Position numbers and translations under genes: made by a program | The notes under the pieces: model-generated | Database searches by the model: none | Seen by the model: only the letters and a program-made list of their open reading frames with translations | Told to the model about the DNA's origin: nothing | Assembly (NCBI GenBank): GCA_958009085.1 | Contig: OY253672.1 | Location: 434,001-498,000, forward strand | Length of the DNA: 64,000 bases | Reading direction: 5' to 3' | Source of the DNA: Protoeuglena noctilucae | Lineage: Eukaryota | In this document: piece by piece, positions 12,001 through 25,623 of the stretch | Layout of the letters: each line of letters opens with the position of its first letter | Numbering within the stretch: the first letter of the stretch is position 1

Positions 12001-13569
12001 GCACTTGCCTCTCACACCTCCCCCGCACACCCACGCTCCCACTTCCATGCACCCCCCGCACGCGTATGCTCTCACCTCGCCTTCCGCCGCGCCGTGCTCC
12101 TTCAGCGCCCGCAACACCTCGTGGGACCGCTGTGCGCACACGGCATGGGACCGGTCCAGGAGCGCGTCCTCTTCCAGCGAAAGCACCGCGCGCAGGCACA
12201 GGTCGGTGAGCTCTCCCGGGGCCACGGCCACTTTGCGGCGGTGGTCGAGGGCCAGGACGCCCGCGGCCTGGGGAGATGGAAGGGGGGGTTGGGGGATTAT
12301 GAGATGAGATGTGGAGGGATGGGTTGACTAGGGCGGTGAGAGTGACAGTGTGAGGAACTGCTGCCTTGGAATCAACCACAGCACCCCTAAACCCACTCAC
12401 TGCACCCTCACTCACTCCCTGCATCTCACAGCACCGTCACCCCCACACTGCCCCTCACAACACCCCTCACTCACTTACACCGGCCCTCTCCCCACTCGTC
12501 ACATCTAGCCCCTCACCACGATGAGCCCCGCCAGCTTGGCCCCCATGGCCCCGCGCGGGTCCTCGCCCTCCCCCGAGCTCCCCTCGGGGCTGCCCACGGT
12601 CAGCCGCAGCGTTGCGGCCAGAATGGCCGACAGAGACCGCTGGTCCTCGGGGTCAGTGCTCGGGGTGGTGAGGAGGGACGAGACGAGGGAAGCGAGGGCG
12701 GGGGAAAGCAAGAACACCTCACGGAAATCTAGAGAGAGGCCGCTGCGGGTCTGGAAGCGAGCCTGGGCCGCCTCGGCAGCAGAGACCGTGAAACCCTCCA
12801 CCGCGTCACGCGGCCGCTCGCGCGACAGGCTCAGCTGGCTCCAGCCGTCGCCCTCCGCGCCGTCCGCGTCTGCCTCCGCCTCGCGCTCCGCGGCGTCACG
12901 CTCGGCGCGGAGCTCCGTGAGCGTAGCGGCCCAGATGCGCAGCGCGCGGGTGCGCTCCGCGCCCTGCGCGGTCGTTGCCACCCTGCCGAGGCGCTCCGCC
13001 GCCTCTTCCGCGGTCGGAATGCGGCGCGCGCCCGGCGCGACGGCCAGGAGCTGCTCGGCCAGGTAGCCTGCGCTGCGCGTGTTCTGCGGTTTCCCGACCA
13101 GGGCCCCCGCGACGCGCCGGACGATGCCGACGAGGAAGCCACCGCTTCCGGAAGAGGGTTTCGATGCGGATGCGACGGGCTTGCTGCGTTCCGACGAAGC
13201 CGCGTCGTCCAACGAGCCTCGGGGAGGTAAGGGCTGTTGAGTTCCCCCGCCTGCGGGCGCTGCATCCCCTGGAGGACCCTGCGCAGCCTCCGCAGACTCG
13301 GAAGCCACGCCGACTGCGGTCGCTAGGTCCTCTGCCGACTCTGCGACGACGGCGTGTGCTGTATTCGTCCAAACTAAAAATCCCCCCTGGGGACGCGACC
13401 CATGCGGCCCCTGGGACGTGCTCGGCAACTCACGTGGACGTAACAGGTCCAGAGACGACCCCTGGGGCGTCGCGCTAGGGGTCTCATCGCTTGGTCGGGG
13501 AGCGGCCTGAGCGCCTGCCCTGGGCGTCTCGGGTGGGGAGTGGCTCTCGCTCATCGTGTTGTGCAGCAT
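9068..13569 (-). CDS. Long coiled-coil protein resembling the plant At2g37370/At5g13560 family; about 8 exons, with an apparent in-frame TAA at 10351-10353
   Basis: GAERTRALRIWAATL and LDFREVFLLSPAL resemble recalled plant motifs (GxERVQLLRRWL, FRDVFLxSxAL). Heptad-rich exons and an acidic tail follow. Confidence 0.6.
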
Positions 13570-13640
13570 GTACAGTGCACTGCACCATTCGATTCACTGG
13601 CCATCGGAGTGGTAGAAGGGACCTCCCAAGCTCGAAAAGA

Positions 13641-14633
13641 GATGGATGGCAGTGGCACGTTGTTCCTGCGCATCGTCCCGCGTCATCAGAGGCTCCCTGC
13701 TGAAGAACGGGGCCACCAGCAGCTCAATGACGACGTACTCTGAAGGACCATGAGCTCGGGCTGGGTGCACGTGGGTCGCACGCACAGAGGTGTGGTCGCT
13801 CATTTTCAGCAGCAAAATAGCCCTTCCCTGCGATTGGTGTGCATGCAGAGAGCGCCTCTTCTCTGAGTAGAACCTGTGGACCGCGCCTGTGCCTGCTGTG
13901 CAGGTGTTGTCGACCCGGCGCCTCCTCCGGCCAGCTGGGTCCAACCAGGGCCAGGCGACACAGCGGAGGAGCCACTCCGGGAAGATCCAGACGGCGCGGA
14001 GGTCCTCGAGGGCACAGCGTCTCTCTTTCGCGCCGACTCGGGGCACTTCGCGGGCCAGTTCCGGGCCGAAACGAGCGGGGACGCGTACGACGTCACAGGC
14101 GTGCCCCTCCACTTCGGGAACGAGAACGCCGGGGACCCGGACTGGGCGCTGTACCTGGTGACGCTGTCCCGCCGGGGCGCAGGGGCGCCGGAGAGCTGCC
14201 TGGCCGAGTGCACGGGGGGCGATGCGATGGTTCTTCGGCCCCACACGGACGAGAGCGCTGTGGAGGAGCCGGACTCGCTCGCTACCATCGCCAGGGCACG
14301 CTCGGTGAGAAGGCAATGGCTGGCTGGGGTCAAGCGCAAGTCGCACATGTCTGCTTGACAGTTGCCCGTCCCTCTGGCGCCCTGCAGCAGTGCGCGCTGG
14401 ATTTGGCTGTGGAGTTCACCTGCGAGACGATCATCACCGGCGCAAATGCGGAGGCATGGGTGGCACGGGCGCTGCCGAGGGTGGAGGACCCCGGGAGCGT
14501 GCTGGTGAACGTGGGGCGCGTGAAGGTGCACAGGGGAGGGGTGCGCTGCGAGCGCGTCGAGGGAGAGTGGGACAGCGGGGGCAGTGAGGACGGGGTTGAG
14601 CAGCACGAGGACGATTTCGATGGCTGGTTTTAA
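13641..14633 (+). CDS. Hypothetical protein (2-3 exons, start uncertain)
   Basis: ORF 13876-14358 splices (cg|gtgaga..cag) to ..LDLAVEFTCETII..EDDFDGWF*. Codon usage looks coding. Confidence 0.5.
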
Positions 14634-15065
14634 CCTGGCTGGCTAGGGTAGGGTTTTGGACGGACCGCACGTGGTGCGGAACGGGCTTGCATTCAAGGAA
14701 CGGACAAGCGGCTGTCCCTGCGGCGCGGCCGCGACTGCCTAAGACGTCGAGCATGCGCGTACACTGTCAACCAACCGGCCTGGCCGGTGCAACCTGGACA
14801 ACTGTGACACTTGCTAGTGCTGCAGGGGGCTGATGCAAAGCTGCGCAGTGCAGGAGGCGCGCATCATGTCAGAATCGAGATCCATGTTCCAGCGACACAC
14901 ATCAGTCAGGACAGGCAAGGGTCGTGGGAGGAATGCCACGATACCGGCGCGTCGAGAGCGGCTCGCGTCGATACCAGCGGCCGTCTGCATCTGCGGCGGC
15001 GCGTGCGGGCAAGCGGCCAGGGGTCGTTGGAAAAGCCCCAGCGCTGAAAACCCTCGTAGCGCCCC

Positions 15066-18000
15066 TCAGCGCTTCTGGTGGTTGATGAAGCGGAGGGCGA
15101 GCCAGGCGAGGACGGCAAAGACACCAAAGAAGATGACCAGGTAACCGACGTTGTGGCTCGACTTGCAGTCGGCCATCTGGTAGTACTCCAGCACCGTCAT
15201 GTTCGCCAGGAAGATCTCCTTGTTGTCCTTGAACTCGTTGGTCATCAGGGCCGTCCAGCCGTATCGGATGAAGTCGATCTTGGAGTACCATATCCACCCG
15301 CGGGGCATGTCGGGGAAGCGGATGAGGAAGCCACCGAAGAAGAGCAGCGTGACGACGTAGGCGGGGAGAGCGGCGTTGGCCACGTCCATGTTGGGAGACG
15401 CGGAGGCGACGGCGTAGGCCAGGATGATGCCAATGGACAGCGAGACCAGGTAGGTGAAGTAGAAGACGGCGAATGAGCCACCCTGGGTGCACGGAGCGCG
15501 GGGAGGGAGCGGGTAAGTTTGGATGCTTTGCCTGGCGGCCACTCGGCCCAAAAGCAGTGGCTGGAGTGGGGATGCAGGGCCAGGACGGGCGCCGGGGCAT
15601 GGTGCGGGTGCCACAGGCCACCGTTGGCAGTGCAAGCTCACCAACTCGAGGGGGAAGTAGACCAGGCACGACACGCCCATGGAGGTGGGGATAGCGACAC
15701 ACAGCTCTTCGACGACCTTCCAGAAGAGGTAGGTCACGGGGGTGTAGAGGCCGTCGTTGCGCTCGCGGATGTAGAGGGCGCGTTCGAGGGTGATGGCGGG
15801 GACGTAGGAGGAGGCACCGAAGCCAGGCATCGTGCACCACCTGCGGGCAGTCGGGAAGGGGCACGGTTGGACGTGCAAGGCCGAGAGTGCCGGGCGGTGC
15901 AGTGTAAGCGGCGGCTCGCGTGGTAACGGGCGCATTGGTCGTCTGTGTTCCGCGGCGCTCACATGAAGAGGACGGCCGCGGTGTTGGCAATGCCGTTCGT
16001 GCCGTGCGTCTTGTGCCCCGTGCCGTAGTAGAGCGTGGCAATCAGGAAGGCCACGATGACTTTGTCCATGACCCTGCGGGCCGTGGCAGCACCGGGTCCT
16101 GCCCTCGGCTTGCAGGTCTGGAGCGAGGAGGCATGCTCAATACTGCGCATGCACTCAGCACAGCCGTGGCGCACGCACCTGGGGCCCAGGAACTCCCCGT
16201 CCTTGAGGTTGCGTGCCGTTCGGAATTTGAAGAAGGTCTGCAGGGCCTTGAAGAAGCCCACCTCCGTCGACGACTGCACCTTGCGTGCCACCTCCATCTC
16301 CTGCTTCATGCCGTCCGAGTCCTGGTCCTGAGAGACGGGGCATCCGTGGAGCGATGGGCAAGAGACGGCACGGTTGTCCCCATCCTGCTACTTGACACCG
16401 TAATACCATGCGACCTGACGTCATGCACGATTGGCCCCTATAGCATCTATAGCATCTCCCACAACAGATGCATCACGACGCTGTCCGTCTGCGACGCGAT
16501 GTCATCGTGCTGTGATCGCCCCGCTCCCTCACCGTGCTCTGCAGCTGGCGCAGGAGGTCATCGCGGGCCTTGATCTGCGTCCGGTAGAGCTCGCTGTCGG
16601 TGCACGAGTCGGCCAGGCGGGTGATCTTGTCCATGTCCCTGCGAGGGGCAGCGATTTGATCCCACCTAACATCATCTCACGTCGCCCACGCCTGTGTCTC
16701 CTCTCAGTCACACCCATCCCACGCAGCTGGCTGCCCTCGCCGCCCGCCACCGCACAGCTGCCCGTCGCTGCACCCACTACACCCCCGCCCCGCCCAGCCA
16801 GGAGCAATCGTGACCCAAGCGCAAGCCCCCCTCCCGGCCAGCACACGTCGACACGCCCCAATGCCCAGCGGCCTGCTCACTCGTTGGCTGACGTCGTCAT
16901 GCCCACCAGCCACTCGGCGGGGTTGTCACCCGTCTCGAACCGCTTGCTGCCCAGGGCCTTGCCCACGCCCGTGAAGTAGTCCATAGCCGGCTTGCCCAGC
17001 GGGCCGAAGTAGATGGGGCGACCCCTGCAGGCCAGACACGAGAGTTGAGGTCGGTGGGGGCACGCGAGACGCACACAGGGTCGTACTGCGCTTGCTTTTG
17101 CATCCCTGGCTTGTCAGACGTGGCCCCGCTGCTGATGATGACGACCCTGCTGCCCTTGGTCTCATCAAACGAAAAGACCAAGAGGCGTTGCGTGTGTGCC
17201 CATATGTGCGCCCTTATGCATGCAAAGGTGCCAGCTCACCTCATGAGCATGAGCAGGGAGTCGAAGAGCTTGAAGGTGTTAGCCGTCGGGCTGTGGATGG
17301 TGGCGCACACGGTGATGCCCGACTGCGCCACGTTCTTCACCACGCTCATCACCTCGTAGGAGGTGTACGAGTCCAGGCCCGACGTCGGCTACACATGGGG
17401 ACGCGGGAGAGGTTACAAACTGGTGACTCCTTGCATTCGACACACCATCTTCATTCGGAAGAGTCGCCCTTGTTTGGTCACTCCGGTCGTCACCTCGTCA
17501 AGGAAGAGCACGCGCGGCTCGGCGACCAGGGCGATGCCGATGTTGACGCGCTTGGCCTGGCCCCCCGAGATGCCCCGCGCGAAGACGCTGCCGATGCGCA
17601 CGTCGCGGCACTGCTGCAGGCCCAGCTTGCGAATCACGCGCTCCACCCGGTGCTTCTTCTCCTCCAGCGGCACGCCTGGGAAGCAAGGCACATGGCACGT
17701 TTATGACAGCACACACAGCGCCAGCCACAGGAGGGACAGCGTCAGCTACAGGAGGGTGGAGGGGCGGCTGGCGACAGATGGATGCGAGACATGGCACGCG
17801 CACTCACTGGTGGGCAGCTTGAGCTCGGCCGTGTACAGGAGCATCTCGTAGGGCGTCAGGATCGGCAGCAGCGTGTCGAACTGCTCTGCGGGCAGCCGGG
17901 GAGCCCCACGAGGGTCGCTTCATGCACTGCCATTCACGCAGCGCCACAGCCTCACCCGCAGCCAGGTCTCTCACTGGGACCCTCCCACTGCCGCGTCGCA

Positions 18001-18563
18001 GCACTGCTCACCGACGTAGCCCGTGTACCGCCGCAGGAACGCCTTGGACGGCTTCTCGCCCCCGTAGAGGATGTCGCCGGTGATGGTGCCCACCGTCTTG
18101 CGCCCGGCCAGCAGGTCGAGCAGCGTGGTCTTGCCGCAGCCCGAAGGGCCCATCAAGCAGGTCATCTGGCCGGGAGCCAGGTACCCGTTGACGTTCGTGA
18201 GCAGCCGCACCGTCTCCTTCTGCGGGGCGCGCGGACGGGGCGGGAATGAAACGGACGAAGGTGCAGCTGAGGAATCCAGGCCGCGAAGCCGGCGGTGCGG
18301 TTCTCGCCTTGTTCTTGTGCGACGGGACTTCATAACACACATCGTTGAACGAGACCAACATGCCGCGCCACTTGGTTGTGGACGACGGCTCCTGAGTGCA
18401 GTCACGTAAGGCAAGCGATATCGAGGCCCTGGCTGCAGCCGGCGCGGCAGCCTCGCACGCCTACGAGTGGCGCATTGTGCATGTACGCACCACGGTCATC
18501 TTCTCCACATCGTTGGCCCCGTCGGTGCCCACCGCGGAGGGCGTCTTGCCGAAGCTGAACATC
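15066..18563 (-). CDS. ABCG (White/WBC-type) half-size ABC transporter
   Basis: Walker [10 protein letters not shown], signature [12 protein letters not shown], Walker B LFLDE|PTSGLD, H-loop TIHSP and a C-terminal ABC2 membrane domain ([16 protein letters not shown]). Confidence 0.95.
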
Positions 18564-19266
18564 TGCGAGGCGGCGCGGACTCGGCAGGGGTCGGTGAGCG
18601 CGCGCGAGGGCGCAATCGTCAAAATGAGCGTCGAATACAGGGCGTGGGATGTAACAGGGCCGGATATATCGGTCGAAGGGACCGAAGGGTTTTGGAGTCG
18701 GCATCGGGTCCATGCGGCGCCGGGAGCGCTGAAAGAGCGCATCATCAAGGCTTAATGCGGAAGAAACAAACCGGAGAGCGTCTCGGGCGGCGAAAGGAGC
18801 ATCGATATCGCGAGGCGAGGCGAAAATGGCGCCTCAGGTGAGCCAGCCGGGGCAGCACGGATCCTCGTGGGCACGCGCGCAGCAGGGGCCTGGCACATGG
18901 AACATCGCATTTTTAACTGCCCAGGAAAGCCTCATGGCCCAAAGGACAGCCCGCTTGGCCTCAGGAGAGCTCGCCCAGCGCCGCCGCCTCACCTGGGCTT
19001 GATTCGGCTATTCCGCGTGTCACGGATAGCCGATGAAAAACCAGTTCTGGCATGGGATCCCAGGAGCGTTGGGGAAATGGCCCGGCCGAAGCGTGGCCCT
19101 GGCACGGCAAGCACTGGCACCGCCAGTTGTGCTGCAGCGCCGCTGTGCTCTTTTACCTCCGTGGGCCGTCCGGTTGGTTAGTCGCGAAGCCGTAAAGTTG
19201 CTGGACCTCAGGTAGATCCCAGCTCGGCCGCAGCTAGAAGCCAGACTCTCCTGTGCGTAATGCCAG

Positions 19267-20584
19267 ATGGACCGCTTCAGCACCGCGGTCGTGAAGTTCC
19301 TGGAAGGGCACCCGGCGATCCAAGATGTCGCAATTGACCGAGGCGCGGCGTGCACTCAGGAGGAGATGGCGGACTGGTGCGTACGCTGGCAAAAGCAACG
19401 AGACGCTCCTGGCGAGCACTGCATCCGCGCCATCACATTCGTGGAATCATCCGCAACGCGCAGGCCCATGCGGAACACCCCCTTCCGCCTGCCTGCGGAC
19501 CTGCAAGCCTTCTACGAGGTTTGCAACGGCTTGAAGATCACATGGAGCGGGTCCAGCGCCGCGGCGAGCCGACAGAAGGGGCCGTCCGCGCGTATCGCTG
19601 CCTCTCCAACGGCCCTGGGCGCCAAGGTGGGCCTGGGCAATGCTTGCGTCCTGCGCCGCGAGGCGCCATGCTAGGTAGCTCGTAATCGCGTCCGCAAACT
19701 CGCGCAGGGCATCGGCCGCCTGGTGGTCAACAGCCTCTCCGACCTGCGCCGCATCCCGCTTACCGAGCCTCCCGTCGACATTCCGGCCGCGGCTCCCAAC
19801 ACCTGCCTCATCTGCGCGGCAAGCGCCCCGGCTGACGTCCTCGATTTCCACGGCATCCGCCTCGCGGACCTGGGTGCGTGCTTTGCTGATGGCCTGGGTA
19901 GCGCAAGAGCTGCGTTGAGAGACCGTCGTCTGCAGCGCTGCTGGATGGGCCCTGTCCTGCAGTGCACCCGCACCTATGTCCGCGCCCCACCTAGCCCCTC
20001 CTCCCGCATCCCGCAGCTCCGGGTCTCGCCGGCCACGTCGTCCCCACGGATCGCTTCGCCGCCGCGTTCGATTTGGATGCGGGGTGCCCCTGCGGGCGTG
20101 TCGCCCTCGTCTTCCCCGCCCGTCGCGGGGCAGCAGACGCTTGCGGGTCGTTACCCGCGCCGTCCGTTTGGTTCCGGGACTTGACGGGTGTGTGGCACTA
20201 CGTCGCCGCTTGCTTCGAGGACTACTTCCGACTACTGTGGTGAGAGGGGTCACGGGGGCCACAGGCATGCACGCCGCACACGTTGTCAGGATGCTGCCCA
20301 CTGCACCCACATCCACGGCTGCGGTCACTCCGGCTGCCCTTCCCTGCCTGCCCCGCAGTATGCACTTAGGCCTGCAGAACTGGCCGCTGGCCTTCACGCC
20401 GTACGGTCTGGACCCACCCACGCGCCAGTGGCTGCGCTTCCTGAGCCCAGAGCGATTGGCCATTGATTCCGACGCGCTGGATTTCGCCAGGGCGCGTCTC
20501 GAGGGGGGCAGTCAGGGCAGGGAGGGCAAGGAGGGCGCGGGGCGGGCCCCGAGTGAGCCGGCCGCTGTTGAAAGCCGCTGCTAG
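19267..20584 (+). CDS. TPGS2: Tubulin polyglutamylase complex subunit 2 (SMI1/KNR4-like fold)
   Basis: LPADLQAFYEVCNGLKITW and FEDYFRLL|MHLGLQNWPLAFTPYGLDPPTRQWL match the recalled TPGS2 pattern YYRLLITHLGLPQWQYAFTSYG. Confidence 0.85.
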
Positions 20585-20838
20585 GCCTGACCTCCACCTG
20601 CGGCTGGTGTCTCATGCCAGCGGTCGTTGTTGGCCACAGCTGTGTATTGATGTCTCTTATAGCTCTTCTACTACCTCGCCCTTCACATGGATTCACGGGC
20701 GGCCTAGAAAACAGCAACGCACCCTCTAAGTAAACGAGACGATCGGAGTTGCTGAGCTGACGTGTGAACCCGAAGCTACGCTGAGCTAAGCAAGCCTGTA
20801 ATCCCAGCGATGCTCGCGTTGGGAATGGCACAACAAGA

Positions 20839-23800
20839 TCACCTCCGGGAGCCGGCCCCGGCCCGCAAAGGCACCCGGGCTCGGGCACCCCCCACCGCAG
20901 ACCCCATCGCTTGCTGCACTGGGGGAGCGCTACGAGCGGCCGCCACGCCGCCGAAGCGCCGGAGGACGCCGCGGCTGGTGGCCGTGGCTGGGATGGGCCG
21001 GCGGGCCACACCCCCGGACGTCACTCCCAGGTCGCCGGGCATGGGGTGACTAACCCCGTTCACGCGCCCGTCGGCCCGGATCGCAGCATCGGCCCGGATC
21101 GGCCTCTGGAAGATTCCACCCGGCGCCTCCTCCGTGACAGGGCCTGCGTGGTCAGCCCCGAACGACCCCAGCGATCGATGCCGCTCCAGAGGTCCCCCAT
21201 GCAAAGGGCCCCCATGCAGGGTCTGCGTCGCCTGCCCCGTGCTTGCGGCGTCCCCAGGCCTGGCCGCGATGGCAGGGGCCCGCCCCACCGGCCTCGTGGC
21301 GCCATGGTGCGATGGGATGGCGCTGAGGAGGCTCCCGTGAGGCCACACGGCGGGAGGTACGTCCACTAGCCCACCCACGGTCACTTTGGGAGGACTCATG
21401 CGCGCCACCGTCGCCACTGCGGGGGCGGCGGGACAAAGGCCAGGGTGAGATGGGGTGCAGCGGGGGGCGTGGGTGCGTCCCTGATGACCTGGGCTGCTGT
21501 CAGAGACTGGCCAGGGATGCAGGCGCAACGCAGTGGGTATCGCGACTCACCTCGTAAAACAGAGTTCTTGGCGGCAACATCCGCGGACCCGGGGCTCCGC
21601 GTCGCGCCGGCGCTGCCGTGCGAGTGGAGGGCCGGAGGGAGAGACCCTCCGGTCGCGGTGTCGGTGCTGACTAAGGGGGTGCGAGGGGCGGCGTCCGCGT
21701 CCTGGAGACGGCCGCAGGGGGCATGGTGTCGGTGGCAGTGGGGCCAGATGTGCGCAGCATGCCGTAAAGCGATTGGGGCAGGAGTGGGGAACGTGTGCGG
21801 TTGGACAGGGCACGAGTGATTTGCGTGAATGGTGACAGCAAAGGAAAATGGAATTTTACCTGGAAGACGAGGATCTCTGCGACGGGTCGCAGGCCCGTGG
21901 GGCGCGGGGCGTGGGTGGTGGGCCCCGAGGCGGTGCTCCCTGCACTGCCCATCACCTTGGCCAGCATCGGGTCTGCATGGGGAGCGAGGGAGATGGCAGG
22001 GTGAGATGGCAGGTGAGGCATGGCGGTAAGGTGAGATGGCAGGATAAGGCCACGATGAGGGCAGCATAAGCCAGGGATCGCATGAAGCGGCCGTGGGGTG
22101 CGGACAGCAAGTGTGACAGCGCCATGTGTCTGATGGGCATGCGACGGCAGCAGCATACGAGAGACAGGACAGACAAATAAAGCAGTAAACTCATCATCGA
22201 CGCCGCCCTCGCCTGCGGAGCGCCCCGCGGGCGTCGGTGCCGCCCAGGCGTGTCTCTCCGCCGCCACCGTGGCGCTGTCGGGCTGCCCCGGGGTCTGGGA
22301 CGGCGTCGACGACTCGGACCCCGAGCTCTCGTGCAGCACAGCAGCCAGCTGCTCCGCGTGCCAGGCCAGCTGCAGGCGCCGTGGTGGGGGCGTGAGCGCA
22401 GGCTGGGCTACGCTAGGTGAAGTGGAGCCACGCAGGCAACGAGCGCAGTGGGAGCTGCGAGGCTGCTGCTTGGAAAAGCCATTAGAAGCTGTCAGATCAC
22501 GCAGCAGGGCCTGACGGAGGGTCACGTGTCGTCTCACCATGGCGCGCTGTTCGGACGTCTGCACCAGGAGGCACTTGCCAGTGGCGTGCTTCGACAGCAA
22601 GTCCCCCAGGTGCGGCCGTGGGCGCGTCAGGACGCCGCTGCTGCGGTCCGGCACGCGCGGGGCGGACGGAGCGCTGGCACGTGCCGCGGGTGGGGCCCGG
22701 GCCATGCGCCGTGCGGGTTTGACGACCGTCCCGGTCCCCGTCACCCCAGGGACCCCCGTGACGCCCCCGCCCCACCGCAGCCCCTCCCCCGCATCTGCCG
22801 CGTCCCCCGCCGTGTCCCGGCTGCTCCCCGGCGACAGCAGCATCGCCGCCGCCACCGCCGCCGCCGCCGACCTCCCCGCCTCAAACACCCCGCGCCGGGC
22901 CGCCATGGGGGTTGGAAAGGCCCGGCGAGCGGGAGACGACCCTGGACCGTCCCCAGCGCCTCTCTCCGACGCCTCCTCCGCGGAACTGCTCCAGCCAGAC
23001 TCGAACTCGGAACCACTGCTGGACCGCCCCGTCGCGCTCCCCTCGCCCTCCCCATCCAGCCCCGCGTACCCCGCCCCGTCCGAGGCACTCGCCCCGTCGC
23101 CTTCCTCCTCCTCGTAAAAGCCCTCCCCGTCCTCGTCCTCCCCCGACGTCCCCTCGGACACCCGCGGGCTGCCATGCCCACCCAATGCACGGCCCAGCAC
23201 CGCCGGCGCCCCATCCGCGCTGCCACCGCCGCTGCTCGCTTCGCGGAGGGAGTACTCCCCATCGTCGTCATCGCTCGCTTCCGCTTCCTCCCCCGCAAGT
23301 GCCGCCCGCCCCTCCAGGGCCCCCACCGCGCCTCGGCCATGCGTGCTGCCCTCGTGCGCCACCAGCGGCGACGTCGACGTCGACGCCTCCCGGCGGTCGG
23401 CCCGCCGTGCGCCAGCAACACCGGGCGCGCCGTACAGGTCGTCCAGGAGCCGCCGCGCGACCCCACCCCGACGCTGGGCCTCCGAGTAAGGGCCCGCGTG
23501 GGCGCGGGCGTGCGAGGCAGCCCGGTCCTGCGAGCGGGCCACCGCGACCGCCGCGGCCCGCGCCGCCGCCTCGATCACCTGCCGCTGGCTCGGGCCGGAC
23601 GTGCTCGCGATGGCCGCGGCCGCTGCCGCCGCCGCCGCCGCCGCGGGCGAGTGGTCGTTGGGGCCGCGGGACCGGAAGACGATCCGTGGCTGCGCGAGGA
23701 CGACCTCCCCGTGGATGCGGGTGTAGGCGGAGTTCGCGCTTGCTGCCGGGGAGTCCCTTGGGCCGTGGCCATGGCTGTGGCTGTGCCGGTCGTGGTGGAA

Positions 23801-25178
23801 CGCGACGGGGTGCGAATCCAAGGCGCGGTGGGCGCGGGGGTGGCCGGGCCCGGTGGGTGCGGACCGGGGGTCATGGTGCGGCGCGGGTGTGAGGCGGTGG
23901 GCGCTGATGGCCGGGAGGGTGTGCGGGGACTGGGCAGGCGAAGGGCCGGGGCGACCGACGCGCCAGCGGGCGACGGGGGGGCTCGGGGTTCGCAGCTCCG
24001 CGCGGCTGCGGCCGGATAGCTGGGGCTGCGGGGGCGGCGCGGGTTGGTCTGTCGGCGCACGCGCACACCTTGGCCTGGCACGTCACATGCAGCATGCAGC
24101 TGCGCACACTGATGTGATCTGACCCTCACCAGGGTCGACCCGCTGCTCGGTGCAACGCCTGCCCTCTCCATTCCCGCGCCTCCGTCCTGCCCCAGCGGTG
24201 TCCGCACGTCGCGGGCGTGCTGTGCCCAGTCCGCAGGCGAGACGCCGTACTGCGGCCAAGGGCGGGATTGTACATTGTGATGAGACAGACTGCGCCGACT
24301 GTCTCTAACACGGATTGGTCGAGATGGGTCATGCCGGCCTGGGGTGACTTTCAGTCTCACCGGGACAATGGCGGTCGCGAGGACGCCGTCGGCATCGGCA
24401 GTCGAGGGGCCCAAGGCCGAAGCGCTGCCGCCCGAGGCTCCGTGCTGCACTCCGCGTGTCGAGTAGAGCGTGTTTGAGGACCGCGGCCCAGGGTCCGTCC
24501 TGCATGGAACGCAGGGCCGGGTCAGCGAATGCCTTGCGCCCAACCTCGCGCACACGCGCTGCGGCCAGCGACTCACCGCTGCGAGATACCGCCACCCTCT
24601 GCAGGAAGGCTCGATCTGGACAACGACGCGGACGGCGCCGGCGTCGACCCCTGCACGCGCGGCTGGGCTCACGCATTGCCACGGCAGGGTGGTCCGCAGG
24701 CAGGGCACGGCACGCACTGCGCGCGCGCACCTCGCCCCTCGGCCCACCGCGTGCGGTCCGTGCGAACTCCACCCATCCCGTGTCGCGGGAGCCCTCGCCG
24801 CGGCTCAGCTGGGCCCTCCCTCCGTCACTGCCTTCGCCCTCGCCCACGTCCGAGATGGAGCGACTCGCCGCGGCCTTTGAGCAGGGACGCGTACGGATAA
24901 TTATAACACACAATCGACGCTCCACTCCGCAAGAGACGGTGGACTCCAGCGCGCGTGGGAGGAAGAAAACCCAATGGAGGATTCGTCGGAGCTGACCGGC
25001 GAGCCGAGGGCGCGTTCGGGCCCTCCTTCGTCCCTCAGGTTGCGATTGCGCATGAAGCTCTGATAAGCGCGTCTCTATCGGGGCCGGGAGCCCCGTCCAG
25101 ACCGCGTCTGGGTGTCCCATGGACAGACATGACCCCGCCCCGACACCGCACGGGGGCCTCGCGGCGTCCGTCGGCATG
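20839..25178 (-). CDS. Large low-complexity (Ala/Ser/acidic) hypothetical protein; ends uncertain
   Basis: A 716-aa ORF (21671-23821) plus flanking exon-like ORFs with GT/AG boundaries. No recognisable domain. Confidence 0.5.
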
Positions 25179-25623
25179 ACCGGCACGCGCAGGTCCCCAT
25201 AAACGGCCGAGAGGCAGCTCGCAAGGCTGTGCAGCAGCGCTCCCGAGGGTGCACAGGCCAAGAGCTGCGTGCACGGCCAAGCAAACTCGCCTGCTCCTCG
25301 ACCTCGATGGTATAGTGACATGTGACATTGACTCGTAGCATTTTCTCTAGAGCTGGGCCGGCAGCGGCCTCGGAGGCCAATCAAGTCATGCGTGACGACA
25401 ATATCGATACAATGTCAGTCCGTCGAAGCCGTTGAATCTGCCGCACCAGCCCAGCCTTGCTTCACTGTGAACGCGACACTTTTTCTCTGACAGCTCGCTC
25501 GCAGTATTCAGAGCACAACGACCCCCCCCGCACACACGTTTCCTTGGCTCAATCAGGCACGCTGAGCACGCGCGACGGACGCTTCAACGGCCCAGCGACA
25601 TCACACCGGTACAGACGGTCAGC

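Noticed and set aside
22448..24019. Long antisense or alternative-frame ORFs (also 38091-39653, 44998-46563 and others)
   Set aside because: Arg/Pro/Gly-rich shadow ORFs are expected at high GC, and they show no domains.
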